Assembly (NCBI GenBank): GCA_964270895.1 | Contig: OZ185442.1 | Length of the DNA: 64,000 bases | Source: Podarcis filfolensis | Lineage: Eukaryota | Strand: one strand, 5' to 3' | Shown: positions 27,865 through 39,984 of the stretch, in pieces | Layout of the letters: every line of letters starts with the position of its first letter | How positions within the stretch are numbered: position 1 is the stretch's first letter | The notes under the pieces: generated by a model | Seen by the model: only the letters and a program-made list of their open reading frames with translations | The model's database searches: none | What the model was told of the DNA's origin: nothing | Program-made: the position numbers and the translations under genes

Positions 27865-28705
27865 CTAGAAGAGAAGTGAAGATTATGGTTATGATTGATA
27901 ATAATAATAGTATTTCTAAACCACTTTATAAAGAAAAAAACCTCACAGCGGTTTACTAGACATTAAAACCTCAGATAAAACATTACTGAAGAAAGTCAAA
28001 TACTGTAAAAAGTATACATTCAAAGCAATGTAATTAACTGGAAACTAATGTATTATCATAAAGATTTCAAAATAAAAGGAGGGCAACTACAGAATGCACA
28101 TTTAACACAGCAAAGTTAACAAAAATAATTATCTTTAATGTTTCATAAGTAGAAATTACTAAAGGAAGTTAAACATAAAATGTGCATTTAAAACAGCATA
28201 ATTAACAAGAGAATAAGATATTATCATAAGCATAGAACATTGCTTCTGCTGACAATCCTGCCAATGGTGGTTCATGACAGGTGACGGTTTGATGACCTGG
28301 GTCTGGCACAAAGAGACAGCCAAGATGGTCACACCACCATCAGCATATGGCTCTTTATGGTATCTAGCTAGACCAAAATGCCATCTGAGCAAAGATATCC
28401 AGCTGCGACTCAAAGAGGATGCCTTTTCAGTGCCTATTTATGATGGAACTGGGAGAATCAAAATACTGGTACCTGCTCAGCTAGTTCACCAAGGGCCTCT
28501 TCAGAAATAACACCAGGCCATAGGTGGTCATTACCACATACCCCGAGGAGCTTCAGGCTCCCACTCTGCCACCACCCAATTGATTTGAAAACAATTAAGA
28601 CTCATGAAATGAATCATCCAAGGTTAAGTTCATCCAGTGACAGCCTTGAAAGAAACACTGATAAGGAAAAATAATAATAAGAAGCCTATCCTCATAATCA
28701 ACTAC

Positions 28706-28850
28706 ACAACTTTCTGAAGACATCTGAAGGCAGCCCTGTATTGGGAAGATTTTTAATGTTTGACATTCTGCTGTGCTTTTATTATGCTGGAAGCTGCCCA
28801 GAGTGGCTGGGGCAACCCAGTCAGTTGGGCGTGGTATAAGTAATAAATTA
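28706..28850 (+). mobile_element. L2-type 3' end
   Basis: gaagacatctgaaggcagccctgtatt...gctgcccagagtggctggggcaacccagtcag; same family as 41500-41648. Confidence 0.65.
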
Positions 28851-28934
28851 CCATATCATCACTGGAACTGTGAAGATCAGCAATGTTACTCCTCGCAAAC
28901 CAGTTTTGTAACAGTCAGACGGCAAGGAAATTAA

Positions 28935-29046
28935 GGGTTGTCTCCAACTAAGTTTTACTCGGAACAGACCTACTGAAATTAATGGGCCTAAGTTAGTCAT
29001 GTTTCAATGCATCTACTCTGAGCATGACTAACACTGGGTACAACCC
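28935..29046. mobile_element. PIF/Harbinger-like MITE
   Basis: TAA|gggttgt ... acaaccc|TAA. Confidence 0.6.
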
Positions 29047-29105
29047 TAAAAGAGAAGACTGTGAGAATGGACTCTCTCCTAGTCCTGCTAGAGGAACTTG
29101 CTCAC

Positions 29106-29239
29106 CTCGCTTCCATATTTCCAACCACACGGAGATAGTTCTTGTGGCGGCGAAGTCTGCGCTGAACCTCATGGAACAGGTAACGGAGCTGCATAAAGAT
29201 CACCAGGCTGGCCATCGACAACCAGATATTGCCAAACAG
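29106..29239 (-). CDS. AMFR: AMFR exon 7
   Basis: tggaag|LFGNIWLSMASLVIFMQLRYLFHEVQRRLRRHKNYLRVVGNMEA(R)|gtgagc; 134 nt. Confidence 0.95.
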
Positions 29240-30194
29240 CTTCCAAACAAATGTTTAAAAGAGCATTAAGTAATCCAGCAGCACATAAGAGGTGTGGGTG
29301 GACAGGGAGAGAAAGAAGAGAATGGCATGAATGGCATACAAACACACCAGGCAATAAAAAGACAATGCCAGAAATTAGTCTACTGTACATATGGCTCTCT
29401 CTTTGAAGTCCCAATGCAGCCACATCCTAAAAGCTGCCACAGCACTCTTTCTGAGTTTACTATAAACAAGCTGCTCATGGAGTTCTCATTCAGAGTGTTG
29501 CTTAGTTTAGGCTTCCAAACAGGAACCACCACCCCCGCCCACCCCCGTATTAAGGAAGGAGGAGAAAGACCTAACTGGAGTGACAACAGCATAGAAACAC
29601 GGAATTGTAGGGCTGAAAATGACACAATGGGTCATTTAGATAGAAGGTAAAAATGGGTCCCATGTTTCAGGCTGGTTTTAAAGGTAGGCCCAAATAAAGA
29701 TTATGGCCACTGCAGGCCCCCGCAGTTTACAGAGAAAGTATTTTTGAGCCAGTTATTGATTGTAAAATTTGAACCCTATTTTCATCTCTGGGCTATAACA
29801 AGGTGGGCTGCCACTAAATGTTTTATGATATCAATTGTATGTCACTTTGGGAAAACTTTTAATTTTCAAAAGCAGCAGTGTTATCCATAAATAGAGCTAC
29901 GCTTGCTGTTTTAACCATAGCAGGTCCCACAATCAGAGAGTCCAGAAGAGAAAGTGGCTCTTCTCTTCTACAGCAGGAAATACTGCAGCAAAAATAGCAA
30001 TCAAAGCCGAAGTTCTCTCCCACACAGTTCTCTCCCCGCATGCTCACAACCCTTCTTTAGTATGGCTTAAGGATGCAGGACGTAACAAGCCATAAATAGT
30101 AACAATAAAGGTGTTTTTAAACACTTCTATAAAAGCCAGTTCTATATTATTCCCATCCTATACAGGCCATGATTTATCAGTTAACAATGCATAC

Positions 30195-30327
30195 CAGCAT
30201 GTGAATGTGATGCATCAGATCCAGTGACAAAAGCATTAGCTCCATGATGAAGTCTGTGTAATAAACGTACGTTCCCTTGCTTTCCCAGGTACCTTCATGG
30301 TTGAGATCCCAGAGATGAATGACATAC
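30195..30327 (-). CDS. AMFR: AMFR exon 6
   Basis: cttag|G YVIHLWDLNHEGTWESKGTYVYYTDFIMELMLLSLDLMHHIHML|gtatgc; 133 nt. Confidence 0.95.
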
Positions 30328-30501
30328 CTAAGTGAGGGAAGGAGTGAACACTGTATTATTTGAAAAACATTTTGCCAGTTTTAGAAATATCAACATTAAC
30401 GAAAGACTCATTATTAACACAAATACGGTATAACCCTTCTTTACAGATGTGCTTTAGGTGAGAAGGTATGCACTAAAGCACATCTGTAAAGAAGGGTTAT
30501 A

Positions 30502-31143
30502 CCGTATTTTTCACTCTATAAGACACACCCGACCATAAGACGCACCTAGTTTTTAGGAGGAAAACAAGAAAAGCCAGCAAGAGTCGCAGACACGCTCGCT
30601 CGGCACGGCTCTTTAAAGATAGAGCGGCTCTTGCTGACTTTTCCGGGAGGTGGGAGAAGGGACTGACGGGCTGCCCTCCGTCCCTTCTCCCACCTCCCTG
30701 AAAAGCCAGAGCAAGTTGCACAGCTATCGCTGAAGTCAGCAGAACAAGAGCTATAGCTGCACAGCGGCTCTTGCTCTACTGGCTTCCCAGCAAAGCGGGA
30801 TGAGGGACGGAAGGGGCTCCGTAAGGGCTCCCTTCCGTCCCTCGTCCTGCTTCGCTAAAGAGGCGCTGCGCAGCTCTTGCTGTGCTGGCTTCAGCGATAG
30901 CTGCGCAGCGCCTCTTCAGCGAAGCAGGATGAGGGACGGAAAGGGCTCCGTAAGGGCTCCCTTCCGTTCCTCCTCCCACTTTGCTGGGAAGGCAGCAGAA
31001 CCAGAGGCGCTGCGCAGCTCTCGCTCTTGCTCTGCTGGCTTCAGCAATAGCTGCGCAGCCTGCATTCGCTCCATAAGCTGCACACACATTTCCCCTTACT
31101 TTTTAGGAGGAAAAAAGTGCGTCTTGTGGAGCGAAAAATACGG
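30502..31143. mobile_element. Non-autonomous Tc1/mariner-superfamily element, 642 bp
   Basis: TA|ccgtatttttcactctataagacacac ... gtgcgtcttgtggagcgaaaaatacgg|TA; GC-rich internal duplication. Confidence 0.85.
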
Positions 31144-31194
31144 TACATCATGTGGGCTCTATTCTCCCCTCTCCCCTTACTAGGAATGACAAAG

Positions 31195-31545
31195 GCAGGT
31201 GCAATCAAAGCTCAGAGACCTGAATGTCTCAGTATATTACACCAATCCTGGTCTGGAAGGTGGCAAGAGGAGAACAGGCCTTTTCTGCAGTGGCTCCCCA
31301 CTTATGGAATGCTCTCCCCAGGAGGCTCACTAGGTGCCTTCATTACATATCATTAGGCACCAGGAGAAGACGTTTCTCTATAACTAGGCCTTTGGTTGAT
31401 TAAACAATCTATGGCCTTTTATATGTGCTTGTGGAAGTGGGGTTATTGGTTTGTGTTTGTTTTTGTTATGTATCTATGTTCTCATTTTGTATTTTTATGC
31501 TGTGATCTTTGGATGATGGGCAATATACAAATTTAATAAAATAAT
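31195..31545 (+). mobile_element. L2 fragment
   Basis: Similar to 41240-41420 (ttttctgcagtggctccccacttatggaatgctctccc). Confidence 0.6.
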
Positions 31546-32692
31546 TGTGGCTAACAATCTAAGTAAATATTTACAGCTCACACAAGAAGATATACAAGAA
31601 TCCACTGTATCATGTGTGTAATGCCAGCCCACCATACCTGATTCAGTCTTTTACATATATATATTTTAAACTCGTGTGTTTCACAGAGATTCATATTAAG
31701 ATGGAAGAGATTATGAGTGAATAGACATGTTTATATTAAACATTTTGATTCAGATTTGATTTTAAACCCTAGCACTTATTGACAGTTTTTAAATATGAAT
31801 CTAAATTTTAACACTTTCATTTAAATTAAAAATATCCATTTGGAAAAAAATTAGCCTCCGAAACACATACTGCACCGGAGATATGATCAAAGGAACCTAT
31901 ATAAATTCCATAAACCACTCTGATTTAACTGCATATTTTTTCTACAGAAGTTTGAAGTCCTTAAAGTTACAAAGAAAAAATAGAAAATATTGAGGCAAAC
32001 AATCTAAGATGTCAAAGGACGCGGGGAAGGACTCAAGTGCATTATATTTTTCAATTTTAATGTTGATAAAATCAGACATCTTCTTAAGACTGACTCATTT
32101 AACTCATCTGCTGAATAAGTAAGAATATAAGAACAGGTGCACCAGCCAGACTGAAGCGGTCAGTATACCATTAGAAGAAGAGAGTACTAATTTTTTTTTT
32201 AAGTTTAATGTGAAAATCAGATGTGGTCTTCTATCTCATGATAGTCACTCTGATGTGGCCCTTGGTGTTGATCAATCTGTACATCCTAGTCCTACTGCAT
32301 TCCTTTTTAAATACTATAATTTAACCCAAAGTTTCAGAATAACACCATTATACTTTATACTAATGTTTTATTCTATGCTTTTTACATAAAACAAATCATA
32401 CCATCCTGCACTTCAGAGGTAACCCAGATATTGGCCTCCAACTCCCATCAGCCCCAGTCAGTAGGGTCAAGGGTCAGGAATGCTGGGAGTTGAAGTCCAG
32501 CTACTTCTGGAGGGCCAAAGGTTGCCCAATCCCCTTCAATAATTTATTGAAAATAATTGCATGGGTAAATAAAAAACAGAAAAGGAAGAACAGTTTGACA
32601 ACTGAAGCATGCTCCTCACAACAAACATGCTTTGTATGTGAAATCAAACACATGCCATTTGTTACCTACCTAAACCCCAATCTCTTACTTAC

Positions 32693-32733
32693 CGTAAAAT
32701 CACATGCACAGTTCTTACAGTAACAAGTAGGGA
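32693..32733 (-). CDS. AMFR: AMFR exon 5 (short exon missed by the ORF track)
   Basis: ctacag|SLLVTVRTVHVIL(R)|gtaagt; 41 nt, phase fits both neighbours. Confidence 0.93.
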
Positions 32734-34013
32734 CTGTAGGGAACAAAAAGAGGAAACTAGAAACCTGAGGCAGACAACTAGAAAAACAAGAAAACTGATT
32801 TTCCAGACAGACAGGACAAAATGTGCTTCTTAAATTTCAGTATTAAACTTTTGCTAACAAGTCTATGCTGTCTTCCTGCATATGCCCAAGATGGGAAGGA
32901 ATAAGCTCCCGGAATTAGAAAGGCTCCTTCAGAAAGGAACAGAATGGTACCATACAATAGATGGTCTGTAAACCCTTCCCCTTGGAAGACTGATCAGGGC
33001 GGGAAGGGAGCTTCTTGCAAATGGTTCTCATTGTTCTAGGGAACAAGCTTAAGAATGGTTAGAGATGGAAGTGAAAATTGATATAATCATTTGTCATAAG
33101 ACATAAGAGGATTATATTTCTTTCAGATTTCCATTTATTTTTTAAAAGGTCAGAGCCGCAAGTAGTAGCTTGTTGTATATATAAGGAAATAAGAAAATAA
33201 TAAGCCACATATAAAAAGAGATGTCCTTGATGGCTGAATTTGGTACAACTCTGGTGGTAGTGTTGTTAATTAATTAAATTTTCATTTTAAAAACATTGTC
33301 TGGTGTCTTTTTTCAGTAATTCCTCCTCTGCTCACCAAAACTGCTACTACAGGCATTATTGGGCAACTTGCCTCCTCACAAGTTATGGGAGGAGAGCATT
33401 TGCATGTGCTACTGTATTTTCAAATAAGCATAATTCCATTGGTTATGATGGTTGAGACTGATGGGAGTTGTAGTCCAAAACACCTGAAAGGCACTAGCTT
33501 GTAGAAGATTGCTCTTGCAACCATTATTTCCTTTTCTATACAACTGGTTATTCATTTAAATTTAGATTTTTCTCTTTCCTTTCCTTCTCTTATACTCATT
33601 TAGTTTAGGGGACTCCTGGAGATCAAAGGGCTCACAAACTCAGTTATGAATGAATGCTGTAAATCATCCTGAATTAAAATATATTTTAGAACCCTTAAGC
33701 GTATTAGCACTTAATACAGATGGCAATTATTTCAAACAGGCTACATTCACCAATTTTTCATATAGTGGCTTGAGTTTTCCTAAGCCCAGACAACAGAATG
33801 TTAACTGCTCACACTGCTTTCTGCAAAAAATATTCATAATCTTGAGCATAAAAATGCAGTAAGCCCTATTCAGTGGATACTCTATGAATCAAAAATATAT
33901 TCTGACATATTCTGCTAGAGAATTAGAGCATACACAAACAAGGTTGCACAAATAAAACAAGGCTAACCAGAAAAAGTTGAGCACATTAATCTCACACTAA
34001 TAAGAAATCTCAC

Positions 34014-34166
34014 CTCTGCTGCCATGAAAGATAACGTGTGCATTCCATGGGTATAGCCAATAATACCACACACAACTGCTAGTCCACAGCAGGAAAGAAG
34101 CATAGCTACTAGCAGGGTCAGGACTCTGATGTGGCTGTTCATTGGTGTGGTGGGTGAAAAGGAGAG
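34014..34166 (-). CDS. AMFR: AMFR exon 4
   Basis: ttcag|LSFSPTTPMNSHIRVLTLLVAMLLSCCGLAVVCGIIGYTHGMHTLSFMAAE|gtgaga; 153 nt. Confidence 0.96.
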
Positions 34167-34466
34167 CTGAAATATACAAATGAAGGCATTGGAAAACATC
34201 AGTTGCGCCTATTTACTTCCAAAACACAATGAATTCCTGCAGAGCCAAAGTATGTTAAAGAACTTGAAAAAAAGCACAGACTGAACTCTCAAGCGTAACT
34301 TGAACAGGAGGTATATGCTGAAAAGCCTTCCAGTATTTATTTGTTCTTTACCATAGATCGACAAGCTGAGGTGATCGACAAGCTCAAGCAAAAATAAACA
34401 ACTCAAACGGATTTCCATCATTTAATCTACGTATCAACTTTAGATTTCTTTGACAAGAGAATACAT

Positions 34467-34786
34467 AAAGGTAAAGGGACTCCTGACCATTAGGTCCAGT
34501 CGTGGCCAACTCTGGGGTTGCGGCGCTCATCTCGCTTTACTGGCCAAGGGAGCTGGCGTACAGCTTCCGGGTCATGTGGCCAGCATGACTAAGCCGCTTC
34601 TGGCAAACCAGAGCAGCGCACGGAAACGCCGTTTACCTTTCCGCCTATTTATCTACTTGCACTTTGACGTGCTTTCAAACTGCTAGGTTGGCAGGAGCAG
34701 GGACCGAGCAATGGGAGCTCACCCCGTCACGGGGATTCGAACTGCCAACCTTCCGATCAGCAAGCCCTAGGCTCAGTGGTTTAGAC
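34467..34786 (-). mobile_element. Sauria SINE (Squam1), slightly 5'-truncated
   Basis: tRNA-like head with B box GTTCGAATCC, body, ACCTTT-type tail; flanks atacat/atacac may be a short TSD. Confidence 0.85.
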
Positions 34787-34845
34787 ATACACTCCTGTAT
34801 AAAAGAACTCTCATCCTCAACTTCAAACCACCAGCCAAAACTTAC

Positions 34846-35010
34846 ATATTCAAACCTATCCTTGCAGAGCTGAACCATAAGATGCAGAAACACGAGCCCG
34901 GAGAACCAAAGGCACCACATGACCACTTCTTCCACCGTCTGAACATTTAGTACACCAAAAATAAAGATGAACTTGTAGAAGATGAAGTTCCAAAATTTAT
35001 CCTTGAGATG
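34846..35010 (-). CDS. AMFR: AMFR exon 3 (TM region)
   Basis: ttcag|HLKDKFWNFIFYKFIFIFGVLNVQTVEEVVMWCLWFSGLVFLHLMVQLCKDRFEY|gtaagt; 165 nt. Confidence 0.96.
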
Positions 35011-36192
35011 CTGAAAGAGATTTGTACATGTAGTTAAAAAGAATTCTTCAAGAATGGAGCTACTGACACAAACATGAAAACAGCTGTTAAAGTTATTATG
35101 CTGAGGGGTTATCCCCACATTCTTAGCTAAGAATCTACATTAGATGTGGAGCGTTGTCATCTAACCCTCAAAGCCATTGATTCTTTAAAATGCAAGAGGT
35201 CCTTACTAGCAAGTAAGAGATAGAAAAATATGGTGCAGGCTATACTCTTAAGACAGGGTTAGTCAAAGTGTTGCCTTCCAGATTGTTTGGACTACAACTC
35301 CCATCAACCCCAGATAGCTTGGCCAATGGTCACAGATAATGATAGTTGTAAGCTACAAATTCTGGAGGATACTACAAAAATGGTGGATTATTTTAAAAAT
35401 CAGTCAAAAACCTGGTCTACACAAACCCCACAAGGGTACGTATTGCTACTCAGATTGCACATGTACATGCTGCAAGTTCAAGAACTATTGAGAAATTGGG
35501 TGTTTTCCTCCGTAATCAGGATGTTGTTGCTTTTTAGGCTGTTTGAAAAATCTAGTCTATGGCTTAATGAGGGTGGCCAAAGTCTCTTAGGTTTCATTTT
35601 CAAACCCAGAATTCATTTTAGAGTACATAAGCATAACTCTTCTTCCTCCAGTAACATTATTTTTTAAAAAAATATATTTATATACCATCCTTCATCAAAA
35701 TATCTCAGCAGCAATTTCTAATACAAGGATGGTGAGCCTGTGGTCCTCCAGATGTTCTTAGATTACAACTCCCATCAGTCCCAACCAGTGTGGATAGTGG
35801 TCAGGGATGATGAGAGCTCTAGTGCAACAACATCTGGAGAGCCACAACATCTGGAGAACCACAGATTCCCCATCTGTTCTCTAATCTAGTATAATCAAAG
35901 GCCTCTCAACTTTGGAGCTGAGCCAGTACCTCTCTAAGCAACACAGCCTACATTTTGAATCTCTGTACTACCTATAATTACCTGAACTGATCTGCATACC
36001 ATGGTCAGATCAAGATATACCTGTAAGCAAGACTTTATTTTCTATATATATAGTGAATAAGGAGGAAGGTTACGTACGAACATATGCCTGGAAGTTAAAT
36101 ATTCCCAGATGAAAAATGAAAATCACAAATCCACCTATCACAAAGTTCTTTGTTAAGTCTACCCACCAGCAAGACCTACAGGCCTTTCTTAC

Positions 36193-36285
36193 CTGTCTTT
36201 CACTAACACGGAGGGGACCAAACACAACACCCTGTATTAGTTTAGCAATCAGCATCAAAATACAGCAAGCCGTATTCACCAGTAC
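36193..36285 (-). CDS. AMFR: AMFR exon 2
   Basis: ttccag|VLVNTACCILMLIAKLIQGVVFGPLRVSERQ|gtaaga; 93 nt. Confidence 0.96.
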
Positions 36286-36721
36286 CTGGAACAAAAAATA
36301 AAATATATTTCTATGTTATGCCTATCCTGTCTTGAGTCTGAACATGAATTCTCTTCCATTAAAACTCACTGGTTTGGAACCCCCTGGCCAATTTGCCCAA
36401 CTGATCAAGAACCATGTTTCTCCCAACTGTGATCAGCCTTGGCCTCCTTCAAGTGTTTAGCGGTGTAAAATGGTGGTTATTAGGTTCTCTCCCTCCTAAG
36501 CAGAAAAAATATTAAAGGCTACGTATGTTGGAAGTTCCCTGGAAAAGAGGTCATCCTGGGATACAAGAAAATACCTCCAGAAACCTATGTTATTTTGTTT
36601 TGTTTATACAAATATTTGTATACTACGATTCATTTAACAAATTGCAATGTTGTTTACAATATAAAAATATATAATACGGTAACAAACAAAAACAATACTT
36701 CGTCCAGTTTAAAATTCCATA

Positions 36722-36981
36722 CAGTCATGCATCCTGTTCCGTCCACTTCGTGTTGCATCTTTTCGCGTTACGTCCCACGGCAACCCGGAAGTACCAGAAA
36801 GGGTTACTCCCAGGTTTTGCTGCTCGTGCCTGCGCAGAAGCACTAAATCGTGCTTCACGCCTGCGCAGAAGTGCCAAATCGCGCCACACACCTGCACAGA
36901 CACAGCGCTTTGAGTTGCGGGCATTTCACATTACGGACGGGCCTCCGGAATGGATCCTGTCCGTAACACAAGGTACCACTG
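36722..36981. mobile_element. Tc1/pogo MITE, CpG-rich family
   Basis: TA|cagtca ... aaggtaccactg|TA; repeated tgcgcagaag units. Confidence 0.75.
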
Positions 36982-38870
36982 TATATTGTTTAATAAGTTG
37001 AATAAGAGCATGAACCAAACAACATAAAAATGTGGCTGAGCCAGTTTGCCTTTGCCTTTTTAAATGAAATGAATGCTGCTCAACATTCCCAGCTAAACAG
37101 ACCTCAAGACTTCAAGTCTGTGGTTTGTAACCCAGATAGCGCAATGTGAACAATAGTACAATGCATTTCCAAAATGTCCAATTCTGAAAGCAAAGAGCTA
37201 TGTTTCTTAAAAATTGTGCAACCAAATTTCTACATTTAAAAATACAGTCACACTTACCAGCAAGATGTGTATATAACTAAGTTTACTGCTTCATTCATAA
37301 TAGCAGATTTAAACAAGATTTTACATCAATTAAACAAGATTTTACAACAGCCTACAGCTTTCTCAGTCAGTCTCGGGGGGGGGGGGTGTCATGGGGTAAT
37401 GCAGCAAGCAGAGAGGAAAGGCTCCAACTCTCTCATCCATCTGCAGTTTGACCCTTGCTCACTGACTGCATTAGTGCATCATTATAACCAGTGTTGCCAA
37501 CTAATCATGTGTTCTCATGCACAATGGCCAGTTGCTTCTGGCGTGAGCAGGAGAAACAAGTCAGAAAGCTGCATTTAAGTTCTGCTTCCCACGATATCTA
37601 ACTAGGGATTGTGGTCTGTTGCTCCCTAACAAACCAGGGTCACTAGCTGACCTCCAACCATGGTTTGCTGTCCTGGCTTGTTTTTAAGAAATAAACCATG
37701 ATCCTGGGGAATTTGAATTTCAAGGGAAGCCAAGCTGAATTACAGCTTATTGGTTGGCTTTGCCAGTGGAGGAGCAAATGGGAGCAATCAGGCTGTGTGC
37801 AGATTTCTGCCTGTGAAAAATAAACCACAAAAATTCAGCAACCCTGGTTTGTCATAATGTTACAACATGACCAATTTCTATTGCAAAGATGAAACACAAG
37901 ACTCCCTTTGCAAGACATAGTAGACGTTGAGATATCTTTGTCAAAGTTATCCTACTATTGTTATTTATGTCGCAATTCATATTTATGACTATTCATAAAC
38001 ACTGAGAAATGTTTAGGAGTTATAGTATTTTAAGTAAATGGTGAGAAAAAGAAAAACATTTTTGCTATAACTTTTTCTTAAAAGACTCTTGATACTGTTA
38101 ATACTGGGGCAGCTCACAGTTATAAACAAGTGATGAGAAATAAATAAGTGATGAAAATCTCACTGAACACTGCAGACTTCCCCAGAGGCTGTGAGAAAGG
38201 AAAGAGTTTGAATGACACAATTGTAAGGATGCGGGTAATCCTGGTGAGTGATTAATGTCTTCAATTAGCAATCGTTTACAGAATCACCACTGTTCAAATA
38301 TCAGACAATGATCACATGTGGCTCCTGCTGCGCAAGAATACATGCCACTGTTGAAGGCTGGCCAAAGGCACCTGGCATTTCAGGTGTTCATAGAACTCTG
38401 CTGAATAATATTGAAGACTAACAAGACTAAGTCACCTCCCCGGGATAATACATCTTGCATCTGAAATACCCCCAAAAGACTCATGTGCAAGCTTGCCTCT
38501 CCACAATGATTAACGTCTTTTTAACTTGCTTATACAGTTTTTAAAATATGATTTTGTGTTTTATTGCTGTAAACCACTGTGATTATTTTAATTACATAGC
38601 GGTATATAAATATTTTATAAATAAATAAATATATGAAGTGCAGGATATTCAAGGCTTACAAACTGTTTCAAAAACTGAAATAACTGAAGTGTTCTATCCC
38701 TTTATCAGTTAAGTGATATTTTGGGTCAAGTGTGTAATTTCAATTCAGCAAACATTACAGCACAAAATAATCAGACTGAAATAGCTATACTATGTGAATG
38801 GGTCTTCAGTCCTAACCAAGGCAAAGTCAGAATGTTTTGTTACTAGACAGGGGCAGTGATGAGGTTAGAT

Positions 38871-39006
38871 CAGGCTTCCTCAACCTCGGCCCTCCAGATG
38901 TTTTGAGACTCCAATTCCCACCTTCCTTGACCACTGGTCCTGCTAGCTAGGGATCATGGGAGCTGCAGGTCAAAAACATCTGGAGGGCAGAGATTGAGGA
39001 AGCCTG
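38871..39006. mobile_element. hAT-type palindromic MITE
   Basis: TIR caggcttcctcaacctc / gagattgaggaagcctg; 8-bp TSD ggttagat / ggttagac. Confidence 0.85.
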
Positions 39007-39237
39007 GGTTAGACCCTGAACCTAATGGTCATAGGCCCCCTCCTCTTAGATGGTAATGTGTATTACTTCAAATGTGATCAGCCAGTCTTGCTGCATATTG
39101 TGGCCCTAGATTTCTGGCCCCAGATCCTGCCATGACACCACAAATGGACACAGGAGCCTAAGCAAAAGCAATGGATGCAACTCTTAACTTTGTACAGCAA
39201 GGCCATTACAGACAGAATTCTGCAAATGTTAGAATTC

Positions 39238-39279
39238 TGTGTGTGTGTGTGTGTGCGCGCGCACACACACACACACACA
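39238..39279. repeat. (TG)n(GC)n(CA)n perfect 42-bp palindrome
   Basis: Arms 39238-39258 and 39259-39279 are exact reverse complements. Confidence 0.95.
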
Positions 39280-39984
39280 CAAACTTATCTCTCTATCCAG
39301 ACAAGGAAGTGGCATTATCACAGTTCAAAGACACATTCCAGAAAGGAAAAATCACTTGAGAATGTTGCAGAGTAGGCCTGGTGAGTGTGTGGCATAGAGA
39401 AAGTCCCAAGGGCCAGGCAGAGTGGCCTGGAGGACCACATTCAGACCCCAGGCATGAGGTTCTCCACCTCTGATGTACAGAATTGAACTCTAACTGAACT
39501 GAACTCTACCTGCTGTTTTGGCATGAGTTTTTATAGGCAATTATCAAATGCATCGAGTTCGCTGTCTTATTTCACTTACAAAATCAGGTAAAGCAGATGA
39601 GAACTGAGGTGTACAATTTCTGAATGTTAGCTTCGGAATGCAGGCAGCAAAATCTAAGTAACCCCTGTGTATTTCTCCACACACTCTGGGCAAACATGAA
39701 ATACATAGCTCAAGCATAATCTTAGCCTGTAGCAATAGGACTGAGGCCACTGATCAGGTTGCATAAGCATTAACAACAACCCCAAGGCAATGACTGTTCT
39801 GGAAGGCAGATCACTTCATTGACACCAAGGAACTAGCCTGCTCATACCATGCTTGAGGTGTACTTAAGATATATTTCCTGTGTCACAAATTGCCAACACT
39901 GAACTTGTGTAAGAGCTGTGGGAGATTATGCTGGGGAGATCTAGGAAGCACTGAGTAGGACAAAACTCTATGACCTATGACTCA

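Noticed and set aside
34690-34786. tRNA gene
   Set aside because: The B box belongs to the Sauria SINE head; no complete cloverleaf.
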